Shown here in pieces: positions 1 to 11,600 of a DNA stretch of 20,000 bases. Location: assembly GCA_003971905.1 (NCBI GenBank), contig RSEE01000169.1:47848-67847 (forward strand), read 5' to 3'. The notes beneath the pieces are model-generated. The model searched no databases and was not told the origin of the DNA. It saw only the letters and a list, made by a program, of their open reading frames with translations. Position 1 is the stretch's first letter. Each line of letters begins with the position of its first letter. This stretch comes from Moniliella sp. 'wahieum' (Eukaryota). The position numbers and the translations under genes were made by a program.

Positions 1-604
1 TAGACTGGCCTTGTTCCCTCCTGCTGCGGCTGGCCGCACGGAGGAGAGAGCGCCCCTCCGCCAGACCCATTATTTTGCAACCGTAAGGAATTCAGACACT
101 CACCCCATACTGTGGTTTTGACGGGCCAACGTACCTCCCTCCAACCCTACCCCTTACTCGGCAGACGCCGCGTGCCACTGCCGCGTGCCACTGGCCTCCC
201 TCGCTGTCCAGGCCTGCGACAAGACGGCGCGGTTGAGCTATCAGCAAGGGTGGTGAGGCCACCAAGCCCCAAGTAAAGTAGACAGTGTCAACGCTTCTTT
301 CTTTCTGAGTTCCGTGTCCTCGTTGAGTAGGCGAGTGGGGGAGGCGAAATCGACGGTCCCGGTGCCCCTTCCGGCCCTTCCATCCCAAGAGGTCGGGACT
401 CCGGACTGAGTACTGAGTAAGACGCAAAGGTTCGGCCGCTGAGGACTGAGGTTGCGGGAGGATCAAATGGCGAGTGCGCCCCTCCCCAACCCCCCCTGGG
501 TCAGCCGGTTCGACTGGCTTGTGACGTGCACACGTGTTGGGGGACAGGAGAGGCTGTTGAGCGGCTGAGCCCTGAGCTGAGGAGAGAAGACACTTGTTTC
601 GTTA

Positions 605-702
605 CCGTCACCGTCACCGTCACCGTGTCCGTATCCGTCCGCACGGCTTGTTCCAGCTGTTCCAGCTGTTCAAGCTGTTCAAGCTGTTCAAGCTGTTCAA
701 GC
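605..702. repeat. Hexamer (CCGTCA)n followed by 9-bp tandem repeat (TTC(C/A)AGCTG) x ~6
   Basis: Read directly: ccgtca x3-4 at 605-626; ttccagctg x2 + ttcaagctg x3 + ttcaagc at 651-702. Confidence 0.9.
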
Positions 703-1218
703 GTCGGTTCCCCCGCCTTCGCCCCCTCGTTCATTAGTCACTAGTCACTCCACCTACCTACCTTATCCGTATCCCGTAGGCAGGAACAACAATAGCTTCC
801 AAAGGGAGTCACAACAATGGCGCAGGGCAACCTGAAGCACTCTACAGAGCGCACGAGGTGCAGAGGAGAGGGAACAAGAGGGGGGGGAAACCAAAAAAAC
901 ACAAAGGCAAGAAGGAGCCGTCAAGCTTCAGCGTCAAGCCTTCAAGCCTTCCAAGCGTCAAGCTCGCGTCAAGCTCGAAGCTAGCTTCCAGGAAAGATAG
1001 AACAGGGTGGCAACTAAGGTACCGTCGTACCAGCCGTACCACCGTATCAGACGCCTAAGCTCATGGGAGTTTGCCAAGCAACAGCAACCCGAAGCCAGAA
1101 TCGGCGAAAGGATAGAAAAGGATATGGGGGGGCGGTGACGCAGTCAGATGGGCATGGAGCATGGAAGAAGAAAGGGGCGGCTAAGGGACGGAAACAAGAA
1201 AACAAGATGCCCGATGTG

Positions 1219-1272
1219 GCATGGACCATGGACCATGGATTATGGTTCATGGTTCATGGTTCATGGTACATG
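1219..1272. repeat. 7-bp tandem repeat (CCATGGA / TTCATGG), degenerate
   Basis: gcatggaccatggaccatggattatggttcatggttcatggttcatggtacatg, just downstream of the PWWP stop codon. Confidence 0.85.
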
Positions 1273-1388
1273 CATCGTTGGGGCCTGTCATCCGATCCTT
1301 TCATCGATCACAACATGGTGCCCAACCACATTCGAATCGGCGGGCGTCGCCTCGTCTGCGTCCGCATGGGGCCCTGCAGCTACTCTGC

Positions 1389-3029
1389 TCAGTTTCCCTC
1401 CAGGAGAGGTTCCCATTTGAGCAGCAACGTGGTCGCGCGTGGGTAAACTGGTACTGCGCCTCCAAGTCGGCCGGAAGCGTGGTTTTAATAATCAACTTGA
1501 GCACCTTGTGGATCTTACTGTGCCGGATGCCCTGGACCGTGACATTGGGCAACGACTCGAGAGTGGTAAGGTGCTGGTGTACACGGCGCATTGACTGGAA
1601 TAGCATACCCACGTTACCACGCAGTAAGTCAGTTAGTAAACAAGTACAGTAAGTTAACGCCCACGGACCAGAAGAGCCCAAGCATGCGCAACATAGCAAC
1701 AGAATAACGTACGTCTACCATATTCTCCTCGCGACCCAAAAACAGTTTCTGTAACTCAAAACGCAACCGCCTCAGGAAACGATCGGAGCTGACCGCCGAA
1801 CTTGATGTCGATGTCGTTGTCGTTGTCGTTGTAGTTGTCGTTGTCGTTGGCGCTGTCGTTGGCGCTGTCGTTGGCGCTGCCGTTGGCGTTGTTTTGTCGA
1901 CTGTCCTACTAGTCATGTCGGCTGTCATGTCAGTCGTGTCCGGCTCGGGTCCGGCACGCGGGTCCGGCACAGGCACCGGATCCAACCGTGGCGACTTGGT
2001 GCTGGGCAAGGAACCGTCAATCGCGCCCTCTGTCGCAGCGGCTTGTTGGACCACAGGAGGCTGCTTGGAAGGACGTCCACGCTTCCGCGGCGCAGGCTGG
2101 GACGAAGGCTCCAAACCCTGGTGGGTCACGGGCTGAAAGGGAACAAACCGAGCCACTTTCAGGAGGGCGGTCGCGCTTGCGCGGCACAGATGGAGACAAG
2201 GGGGGTGGGATGGGGGCCGTCTCTGGCTTTGGCTCTGCTGGCTCCGGCTGTGGCTTTGGCTCTGCGGGAGCGGCATCAGTAGCGACAGCAGTAGTAGCGA
2301 GCGGTTCCGGCCTGGGTGGCACAGGCACTGACGCGGACGAAGGCTTGGGTCCTGGGGCGGTCAAAGCTGTCTTGGCGGTCTTGGCGGTCTTGGGGCGTCC
2401 GGGAGGACGGGTACGTGCCTTGACGCGGCTGCTTAGCACCTGCTTGGCTTGCCTCACGCGTTCGTCGTGCTCCCGTGCCCACGCGATCGGGTCGGCCAGG
2501 ACAATCTCGTACGCTTGGAGCAAGCCGGTGGGGGGCAGGCGGGGAGCGTGTTTCTTTTGGCGAGGAATTCAGCCGCGTCGGCAGTAGTCAGGGGGGTGAG
2601 TTCAGATGTGTGGAAGAACGCGCTGCGGGGGGAGAGGAGAAGATGGTGAGTGACGCGTGGTGTGGAGAAAGGAGAATGGAGAGGGAAGGCAGGGGGACGT
2701 ACTAGTCGGCATCGGGGATGAAGCGGACAATGTTGGCCTTGGTGGCGTTGTGGCGACGTTGGCGAACGGCCATTACGTCGGATGGGACCTGGTCGGGTCG
2801 ACGACCTGCAGGGCGCCAGCCAAGAGAATCGGTTAGCTCGGCCAGGGTGGGCCACGCGAGGGAGGACATGTGCATACCATGGCGGGCCAGGGGCGGTATC
2901 CGCGCAGCTGCGCAAGCACGAGCGTGTCGCGTTCGCTGCGGAGCGTCGGCCAGGAGACGCGCAGAGGGTCAGCCAGTGTGCCGACGGAGAAGAGAAGAGG
3001 CAAACGTACAAGCGAGGCGATGCGTCCAT
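1389..3029 (-). CDS. PWWP-domain chromatin protein with AT-hook(s) and C-terminal LEDGF-IBD/TFIIS-N-like helical domain (fungal Pdp3/LEDGF-like); 5 exons, about 4 apparent frameshifts
   Basis: Manual splice model, all GT-AG: exons 3029-3010, 2935-2878, 2805-2703, 2622-1713, 1594-1389. Gives MDASPRFERDTLVLAQLRGYRPWPAMVVD(P)DQVPSDVMAVR...NIVRFIPDADYAFFHTSELTPL...LLQAYE (PWWP), then RPPGRPK and PRKRGRPSK (AT-hook-like), a poly-Thr tract, and RRLRFELQKLFL...LESLPNVTVQGIRHSKIHKVLKLI...QF.(P)RATTLLLKWEPLLEGN*. The frame must be corrected at ~2796, ~2556, somewhere in 2100-2276, and ~1442. Confidence 0.85.
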
Positions 3030-3616
3030 GGTGGGTCAACGCGCAGTAACAAGTCGAGACGTCAGCGGCCAGCACACCCAATCCCACCCCCGCCCCTACC
3101 ACTCAAGTCCTCTTTAATCCACGCTGTTCGCGGCGCGTCGGCTGCTTACGTACGCCGTTGCTGGCGTCCCTCGGAGGCTCCGCACTAATAAAGACGTCGA
3201 ATCCCGTCGTTGGCGTTGGACATGCTGAGCAATCAATCCCGCCCAGCACCACCAAGTCCCCGCGTCCACCCCATCGACCATCCTTCCCTCCTGCCATCTA
3301 TCTCCACCGCGCATAGTATGCTCGGCGTCTTGCCCTTCGTACCATGCAAGCTGGTCATGATGCCAACCTCAGCATACAATTTTAGGACAGGCGCCTCCCC
3401 GGCCGTAGGCCTGCCAGTCTCCAACAGAAGAGCGTAGGCACAGCAGGCAGGTGATCGAAGAGACCGCTGCCGCAACATACATCATCGGAGCAGCTGTTTC
3501 GCCCCACCAAGGTCCAGTCGGGCACAGCACAGTAGCAGCGCTGGGGACGAGACCGAGGACCGAAACACCGCATGATCGATGACGAGGGAAGGACCTGCTG
3601 GTCCCAACCAGGCCAC

Positions 3617-4013
3617 TTAGATGTTCAGCTTGGTCCGGCGCCAGTTGCGGCGGAACTTATTGTACTGGATCTTGTTGTCCGTCTTCATGCGGAACCACTG
3701 GGGGATCGGGCTGGCAAAAAGCGAAAAAAAATCGGTCACAGGTTAGTTAGGATTCCAAAGTCAACGGGGAAAAGACAATTGGAGTGCCGGCCGGCGCAGA
3801 GTCTGGCCTCGCACCTCGAACTCCCATCGCATCGCCCGACACGGCGTGCGGGACGGCAAGGCACAAGGAATGCAAGCACCAGGATGTCTGCGTCCAGGAG
3901 AAAGAGGAACGCGGGAATGAGAGGGAGGAAAGGAGGGATCGATCTACGTACCGGTTCTTCCGGCCGGCCTTAGCCAGGGTGGACTTGGTCCGGAACGTCT
4001 TGTGGGAAGGCAT
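3617..4013 (-). CDS. RPL39: 60S ribosomal protein L39 (eL39), 2 exons
   Basis: Exons 4013-3952 and 3710-3617, with intron 3951-3711 (GTACGT...CTAAC...CAG). Splices to 51 aa [51 protein letters not shown], an unmistakable eL39. Confidence 0.97.
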
Positions 4014-4673
4014 GGTCGCTGCACAGAAGGGGAATACGAGTCAGTAAACACAGCGTTCCAAGGAAGGCCCGTAGCCATGCACAAGGCCATGCACAGCAAC
4101 GCCACCGTCCGGGCAGCATCCACTCACCTGGTCTCGCAAAGTTCAGGGCTGGCAGAACCAAAGACGAGTTGCGTCGCCGCTAGCGTCGATGGGCTGGCGC
4201 AAGGCAGGGCGGTAGGGTTGGACTGGCCATAACCCTACTAGTGCGATTGCGGAGCTGCCGCAGCTTTTTTCAGCCCCCGTGGGGCTGGAAGCTGGAGGCT
4301 GGTGGATGCATGAGGTGCCTGGATATGAAATGTTGAAGGCGGGATGGTAGGTACCAGGTGGAAAAACCCCGCACGTGCCTGCTTGCAACGCGCTCGCTCG
4401 CCCCAGTCGGTTGCACCTAAGATCCAAGGACGGGCCATGGGCCATGCAACTCCGAGAGCCGTGCCACCGCCTCTACCCCACTCGACCGTAATGACGCCGT
4501 CGTCGATATGAGCCGGACGGACCAATTCCCTCCTTTGCTCTCTTGCGCATCGTTCTCACCAACCTCACATGCAGCCTGAGTCGGCGCCTACCTCATTACC
4601 ATCATCCTCGTATGTGCATGCGATCGTTCTGCCTTTCCAGTTGGCACAAGTGCGATCCTTGCTTACAAGGACC

Positions 4674-5839
4674 TTACTCGGTCGTGAACACAATCTTCCT
4701 CACCTTGCGTTGGGAGAAGAGGTCGTAGTACGTCGCTGCCTCGTCCAGCGGGGCCACCTTCTCCACAAACGTGGCGAATCGGTCCACATTTTTGGCGAGA
4801 AGCGAAAGAGCCGGCTGGGAAAAAAGGTAAGGATGGGAATGGTTAGCAAGCGTCCTGTGGCTCTTAGATCTTATGTTGTAAGTCTCCTACTTACCTTGAA
4901 CACGGAGCGGACGGGACAGCGGCCAAACTGAAGACGAATGTTCTTGTTGTACAGCGCTGGTCCGTTCAGGAGCACGTCTTGAGTAAAGATGCCGCAAGAG
5001 GCCACCGCGCCAAACGGACGAACCAGGTTGATGGCCGTGCGAAGGGCAGAAGGTGCACCCACCTTCCAACGCAGCATCCGCCCCGCGTCCCTCTGTCAAT
5101 TCCAACACCCGCGTCTGGACCGACGTAGCATCCATATCCGCAGGCAACTGCACCGTCTCGTCTGCGCCCATTGTACGTGCTTCCTTCAGTCGGTCAGGAC
5201 CGAATCAATCGCAATCACATGCCCAAAAAACGATTTGGCAGCTAACACTGCGCACAAGCCCACCGGTCCACACCCAACCACCACGGCCGTAGTGGGCTTG
5301 GAGCGCTCCACCTCGTTGAGCAAATTGTACGCATTGGATGCGACAAAGTAACCAGTCGGAACCACGTCGGCCATAAGTACCTGCAACGGCAATGGCACCA
5401 CCGACTCGTCCAGGGCATGGTACAGCGTCGTAGCAGCCAATTCAACGCGCACGTACTCGGCCTGTGCACCAGCTAAGAGCGGCGTACCAAAACATTTTCC
5501 ACCCTGCAGGCACCGCCCCGACTCGCCCCGCTCACAGTAAAAGCAAGTTCCACACGACGTAGTGAAGGGCGACAAGACTTGGTCACCAGGCTTGAACTGC
5601 GTCACCGCCGATCCCACTTCCACCACTGTGCCGGTAAATTCGTGGCCCATGATGATCCCGACCTCAGGCACTTTCTGACCACCGTGGTAGTAGTGCATGT
5701 CGGACGCACACAGCGCCGTACGGGAAACTTTGACGATGGCATCGGTGGGGGCTTGGATGGTGGGCGTAGGTACCTGCTCGACCGACACTTTGTAGGGTGC
5801 GTGCAGCACGACGGCTTTCATCTGGGTCGGGAGTGCCAT
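4674..5839 (-). CDS. Zinc-binding medium-chain alcohol dehydrogenase (GroES-like + Rossmann; formaldehyde-dehydrogenase-like subfamily), 2 exons, 2 apparent frameshifts
   Basis: ATG at 5839 (MALPTQMKAVV). Motifs LCASDMH, GHE, CGTCFYCERGESGRC (structural Zn), ADVVPTG and GCGPVG. Continues after indels at ~5197 (DSV(P)DRLKEAR) and ~5062 (LE(V)VGAPSAL). Intron 4894-4815 (GTAAGT...CTAAC...CAG). Ends KVRKIVFTTE* at 4674. Confidence 0.92.
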
Positions 5840-6275
5840 GGCGCAAACAGAGAGGCGAAGGAGAGAGGGAGGGAGAAAGGGAGGGCGGGAAACAGAAAGG
5901 CGGGGGGATGGTGGCTCCCTTTTTTGGTGGGGGTTGGGGTGGGAAGAGATGGGATGGCTGTGTAGGAGCGATGTGGGGCGACAGGCGACACGCATCATGC
6001 ATCACTTAGTCACTCTGGGGCAGTCGGGCACAGGGACACAGGCGGAGAGGGTCGGAGAGGGTCCGTGCGCACCCGGCTCCTGCCTGGACCGAGGGGAGCG
6101 CTTGGGCTGGATGGCTTGGGAAGCACAGTGCGTATCCAACCAATACCGGCTGTGATGGGGCGCGTGGGCCGGTGGTCACACGTCACACCCACCGCCCATC
6201 GATCCAATCCCCCCACACGCCTTGGCGACGGGAGCGCATCCCGATTAGGTAATGAATGTGACCAGCCGGGTTACA

Positions 6276-7080
6276 GGTCTTAGCGTGGACGAGCTCAGGA
6301 AAGGTGGAGGTGTGTGTGGTAGCTTGTTCATTCAGAGCATAGCAAAGCATCTCCTTTTTATACCCCAAAGAAAGAGGGTAAGCGAACGTATTGAAGATAA
6401 GGCAAGGCAGATTCGGGATTATGGAGGAGAAAAACGTGAGATAACGTGAGATAGGACGGAGGAGGAAGAACACAGCAGTACTATACACAAAAGAGCCTGA
6501 AATACTACAAGTTTTCTCGCACGTGGTAAAGTATTGTGTGATGACAGTGGAACAGACAAACAAAGGCAAAGAGGAGGATAATCGATAACCCAAACGAGTG
6601 ATGGATCCTTGTATGTACCTCTTCTTGAAGTTATTGATGGCTCCAGCAAAAACGGCATCCACATCCCAAAATGCGCGCGGATTATTATTGCACAATGCGA
6701 AATTGGCTCTGTTTTTTCCGAATGTCGAATGAGAAGACGAATCTCGTCAACTCAAAAGTCTATCTTGCCTCCAGCTACATGAGAGCGCAAAAATGGTGGA
6801 CCTCCAGGCTGTGCTCACGTTTGGAAGCACCCAAGGACGGGACGTTTGATCCATTTTGGGAAAACAACTGCACGGAAGAATTCTGCAAGAAATGGGCCAC
6901 GACGCCAAAAAAAGGTCCAAGCTGAGCTTCGTAAAACTAACTACACACGGAAGAAGGACTATGAAGGTTATCATCTCATCACTAAGCAATCTCCAAGTGG
7001 ACTCAAATGACAAACGTACACGAAACGTAAGCGGATGACGTTTGACGCCACAAGTCTCAAAAAATGGAAAGGCCATCTGT
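6276..7080 (+). mobile_element. Degenerate Ty3/Gypsy-type LTR retrotransposon gag remnant
   Basis: Frame-broken translation NSKVYLASSYMR-AQKWW...DPFWENN..EEFCKK...KKVQAELRK.NYT...DYEGY (~6750-6970) follows the retrotransposon gag capsid pattern (K..A.SY+.G.A..WW ... EF ... A..EL..L.Q). A-rich, multiple stops and frameshifts. An LTR-end-like GTTACA at 6270-6275 precedes it. Recognised by eye, not by search. Confidence 0.55.
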
Positions 7081-7124
7081 GTCGCCTTTGAAAGTTCCTT
7101 CCATGTGCGGAGGAGTGAGAGAGA

Positions 7125-7330
7125 GAAACGGAATTTCCTGTGGCCGTTTTTGCCCTACAAGTATATGGACATGACACTTCCTTGACGCGAAGTCGTCCTC
7201 ATAGTCCTCGCATGCTGCGCCTGTACCTTCATATAGTATTCTCTGTCGGTACAAGTGAATACCGCATATGTGTTTCTTCTTCGTTCTGCCCTTCACCGGC
7301 CTGACCTGCATTTCTTTTTTCCTCATTTCT
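7125..7330 (-). mobile_element. Possible degenerate gag nucleocapsid zinc-knuckle fragment, opposite orientation
   Basis: Minus strand reads VKEVSC(P)YTC then, after a frameshift, GKNGHRKFR (~7186-7125). This resembles a decayed C-X2-C-X4-H-X4-C knuckle preceded by basic residues; the last Cys is absent. Confidence 0.3.
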
Positions 7331-10181
7331 CACCCTGATTTGTGATTCTTTACATCGGTGGGAGGTGACTATGACTCGTCCACCTCGTGCCCTCGGCTTC
7401 CTCTCTGCCTACAACTTGGCCATCGCTGATGGAGACTGACTAAATGGAGTCCACAGATCGGTGGGAGTGTCAGATTCATATATGCCGTGCCAGGGGATCC
7501 TTGGCCTAACCCCTTCACCCGCGTGGGAATTATAGCGTGATTCACGTACTGTAACCACATCATTGACAAAGCTTATGGCTGAGAACAGCGGAGGCGAACT
7601 CGAACCGGCGAAAACATCGCACGTTAAACGGCCACCGGTCGCAACTCAATGCGTCTCAACTCAACGTACCTTAACGTACCCTTAACCCTCATCGACCTCT
7701 CTCATCGACTCAGCACTGGTACTCACAACGTTCAACGTGTTCAACGTCGTCCGCAGTAGGCCTCGTCCGGGCTTCCTCACTGTCACCTCCTGCACGAGAA
7801 CTCACGCAACGTAGGTTAAATCAATGAAGGGATCAGTTTGACTGTACGCGGGAAGGAGAAGGGGAAACTGGTTATAGTACATCATATACGAAGGTATCCA
7901 GGTGGTAGAAAACCTTGAAGAAGAACTTGAATAGCTGTGTATTGTAAAAAGGGTGGGGGGTCTGAGACCCGGGTCACTTGAACCTTGAACAGCTTGAACG
8001 TGAGCGTTTTGAGCGCTGAGCGGATCAATGTGTTACATGTTTTTGTGATGTGACATGTGATGCATGATGATCGAGATGATCAACACGTCGTTTCGGAAGC
8101 TTGAGACGCGTACAGTAGTGCGCGTATTAGCGCGTCAACGCGTCAACGTTCAACGTTCAACGTTGCTGGCTGTATATGAGTACACTCAGGAGTATGAATA
8201 TGGCGCCTGCGACATTGTGACTGTTACATGTGACGGTGGCAAAGTCATGAATCGAAGAACCGACGAACTTGTTGAACACGTTGAACGCACAAAAAAACTG
8301 CACGTCTGCTGTGCGGTGCCACCATTCCCAGCGTCGCTACGGAATAAAATCGACGTGAATTGTTTACTGAAGACGCTGACATGTTCGCGAGCTTCACATT
8401 AGGGAACCGAAACCCTGGTTTTACGGGTCCCGCAGGGCTCTATCTGTCCGGATTCGATACACCGACCCCCCTTCGGACCCCGCTGAGTACCGAGTAGTGA
8501 CGGTGGGATTGCGGCATCTCATCGATCACCAGCGGAGACCTTCCCTGCCCATCGGAGACAATTAGACTCACTGAGAACTGAACGATGAGTTCCACAGATC
8601 CAAAGTCAAGGAACACTGGCGTGAATTTAGGAGGGCCGTGAGTAGTCCATTCCTAGTGGTCGGGCAGAGCCATGCAGCGTCCGGGAAGGAGACTGCGCGT
8701 TATAGGTTCCGGACGTGAAAGCGTGGAGCTTCAACGGGCGAAGGAGGCCTGCGAGCGAGCTGATTGAAAGGGAGGAAGATTATTTAGGGCCTAGAAGAAG
8801 GAGTAGGGGAAAGGGAGCCAAGAAGCAATAATAGCAACGATTATAATGATACCGGAGCGAAGGTGTGGCTGGCAAGGCGACTTCGTCGTTGCCCTACAGC
8901 CGTTACCACCTCCTAACAAGCTGGATCGGCATCAATATTTTTTGTGCCGGGTACATATATGCTCTTGCTAAAGCTGCAATGTCCCCCCTATTCATCGCGC
9001 GCGCCCCTATGTTGAACACACACCAGGGACGTCAGATCTCAGAGATTTAGGTGAGGAAGTGGCAGTGGCAACGTACTTTTTTGGGATAGAGTGATGTTCT
9101 GTGGGCTTCTTCGGCTGGTGGTACAACGATATCATCTGAGGGTCTTGCGTTTTGTTTCTTGGAGCATTTTTTCTCGTCCGTAGTCGAGTAGTCCCAGTAG
9201 CAAACTATTTGGCCACCCATACCGAAAACTACAGCAGACTACTATAAACTACTGTCTATTAAAGCCCCCCTGCTCGTCACGTCCCATAATCTCAGTCACT
9301 GGCTCTGTCACATGCAGGGGCACCTTGTTCGAAGACGTGTCGCATCATTTTCCAGGTCACACACATGTCACATGTCATACGGCATACATTTGTTCTGGCG
9401 GGCTCGGGCCGTGTATTACAGAGTGCAGGTGATTTGCGTGGAGCTTGTGAACAGATGGACGCCGAACCTAGCTACCAAACAGGGTGCAACTTCCTCGTTC
9501 CCACGGTGTTCCCACGGTCAGTAACTGAATAATGCCAAGTGTAGTGCACTGCGCAGAACGTGTTTCCAACGCCCCGCAGTACCTCTTCTTCTTAGTGTGA
9601 AGAAAACGGGTGTGACGCGGCCAAAAAACTCTTCATGTGTAAAACAAGGAGAGAGCGATGAGGAAACCAAGTGAGCCTAATACTGTTATCGTCTGGTGTC
9701 CCATGTGCCTCTTCCCCCTTGGAAAATAACTATACCCGGCTATACTGCGTGTACTCTATCGCATCGATCAGCATATCAACATGCGACTACATCTATAGGA
9801 TTTTCCCGCTATTATACTACCAACCCCACATACCTTGTTCATACTGTGGACTCCGGCCATCGGCTGTCCCATGCCCCACGCTGTGTCGGCACGTCTGCAC
9901 ATCTCACCTCTCTTGGACTTCATAATAACCGTTTTCGGTTTGGGCAGGCGGGATTGGACGCTGGACGTTGGACGAAGGTGTTGGAAAAAGAACTGTGTGT
10001 TGGGCCGGCAAACATGCATCCTCACAAACACGCCACGTCACTCGCGGTACGTGATATGTGATACCAATTGTGCATGACAGTCTCGGACCTATGATGCTCA
10101 CACATGCCATAATGGTAGCCATAGTGGATGGCATGCCACCTGCCGATCCCCCCCCTCTGGCATCTTCTGGGATCCATCCAG

Positions 10182-10262
10182 TGTCACATGTCACTAGTCG
10201 CTAGTCGCTAATCACTACATGTTCATTTGCCACACTTCACTCGCCACTAGTCACTAGTCACT
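10182..10262. repeat. TNA-centred heptad array
   Basis: TGTCACA TGTCACT AGTCGCT AGTCGCT AATCACT (10182-10216) and AGTCACT x2 (10249-10262). Confidence 0.85.
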
Positions 10263-11039
10263 CGATGGGCGACGTGTCAAATGAACTTAGCTACAAGTAT
10301 AGTAACTACTAGTAACTGCTAATGAATCAAACCGGCACAGGTTAAACCTCGTCGTCTTCGAGCGCGAGACACATGTTATGCACTCTCTGCGGCCCCGACC
10401 AACGTCCAACACTCACATGCATCACAACGACAGCAAGCACAAAAGAACCACATCACAACTAATGTCACACGCATCACCTACTCCGACTTTTCAAAATCCG
10501 TACACACCGCTCACAACTCAGTATATACTCTGAGCGCTGAGCATGCGCGTACTCTCCCACTTCAAGCTTCACGCACCTTTTTTTGTAACGCTTGGAACGT
10601 TGAAAACGCACGTGTTGCAAGGACGCCGGCCGGCTATCCCCCCCCGCGTAAAGCGGGGTGACCGGTGAAAAGACACCTTCGTCGCTATATATACTTTGGC
10701 CGCTTTTATGCGTTACGGCTATTCACAGAAGGTAGTACCCAGTCCCGAGAGAAAGAGGTTTTGCAGGGAGGGAAAAGTCGGTGCACATTTAAGGGTGTCT
10801 ACACCAAACCTCGCTATTACATGCTGAGAACATGAAAGGGGTGTATAGATGTGTGCCCCTGGTGTATAAACTTCCTCGAGGCGCATTTTTGGAGTGTTCT
10901 TTTCTATCGTGTGTGCTTCTCGTCTTCTCGTGACATGTGACAACTCTTCTGCTTAATTGCTCAAGGCCATGGTGTCAACCAACCTCTCGTGGCCAAAGCG
11001 TCGCCTGCCTCCTCCTATTGTTCGAGAGAAGGGCCGACG

Positions 11040-11180
11040 TATACAATACAGTGCGTGTGAGGAGCCGTCGGTCATTGGTTATTACGGACACGTACAATAC
11101 GTTTTCAAGCACAAAATCTCAAAAGCAACAAAACGAGCTTCACACACTCTCGTTCTTGTACTTCTTCTTGCCAAGATGCA
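11040..11180 (+). mobile_element. Possible decayed CACTA/EnSpm-type transposase C-terminal fragment
   Basis: ORF 10957-11220 contains YYGHVQYVFKHKI...SHTLVLV, resembling the Y(F/Y)GxVQY(F)FxH...HxLAxV pattern of fungal CACTA transposase C-termini. No catalytic domain or TIR seen. Confidence 0.25.
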
Positions 11181-11600
11181 CACTGATGTGCTTATTGAAG
11201 GGCTTCTCGCCCCTCTGTAATCCCGTGTATTTTTTGGTGCCTGTGTGTGTCAGTACTCATTACTTAGTAAATAGAAGCGCCGGGCCTTTGACAGAAGTAC
11301 ATATGTGTTGATCATGTTGATCGGCGAGCGCTCTAGGCTGATTAATTACTAGTGAAAAAAGCTGTTGAAGATCGAGAGATGAATGCATTATACGTTAGGC
11401 CTTTGGTCTCTCGATCGTTGATCTTGCCGATCGTGAGCACCAACCTATTGACAAGGCCTCCATCTTGTTTATTTGTCCCGCACAGATCTGCTTGGATCTG
11501 TTACTTCTGTCAGGTAGAATGGATGTGTTTAACATCTGCCCTATATCCTGCATTCAATATTCGTATCCTTGGCGCCTTGGCACTGGCAATTACGGTATGC

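Noticed and set aside
1..470. Possible 5' part of a minus-strand gene (ATG at 70, GTGAGT donor-like site)
   Set aside because: No recognisable protein or consistent exon structure within the window.
501..744. ORFs with LEQLEQ / SSCSSC / VTVTVT repeats
   Set aside because: Translations of the 6-bp and 9-bp tandem repeats; no other coding evidence.
818..1058. MAQGNLK... start and Lys-rich ORF, faintly like small basic UPF0390-type proteins
   Set aside because: Similarity is limited to the first few residues, and the downstream sequence is made of TCAAGC repeats.
8401..8490. GGATTCGATAC resembling a tRNA T-loop/B-box
   Set aside because: No cloverleaf stems or A-box could be built around it.
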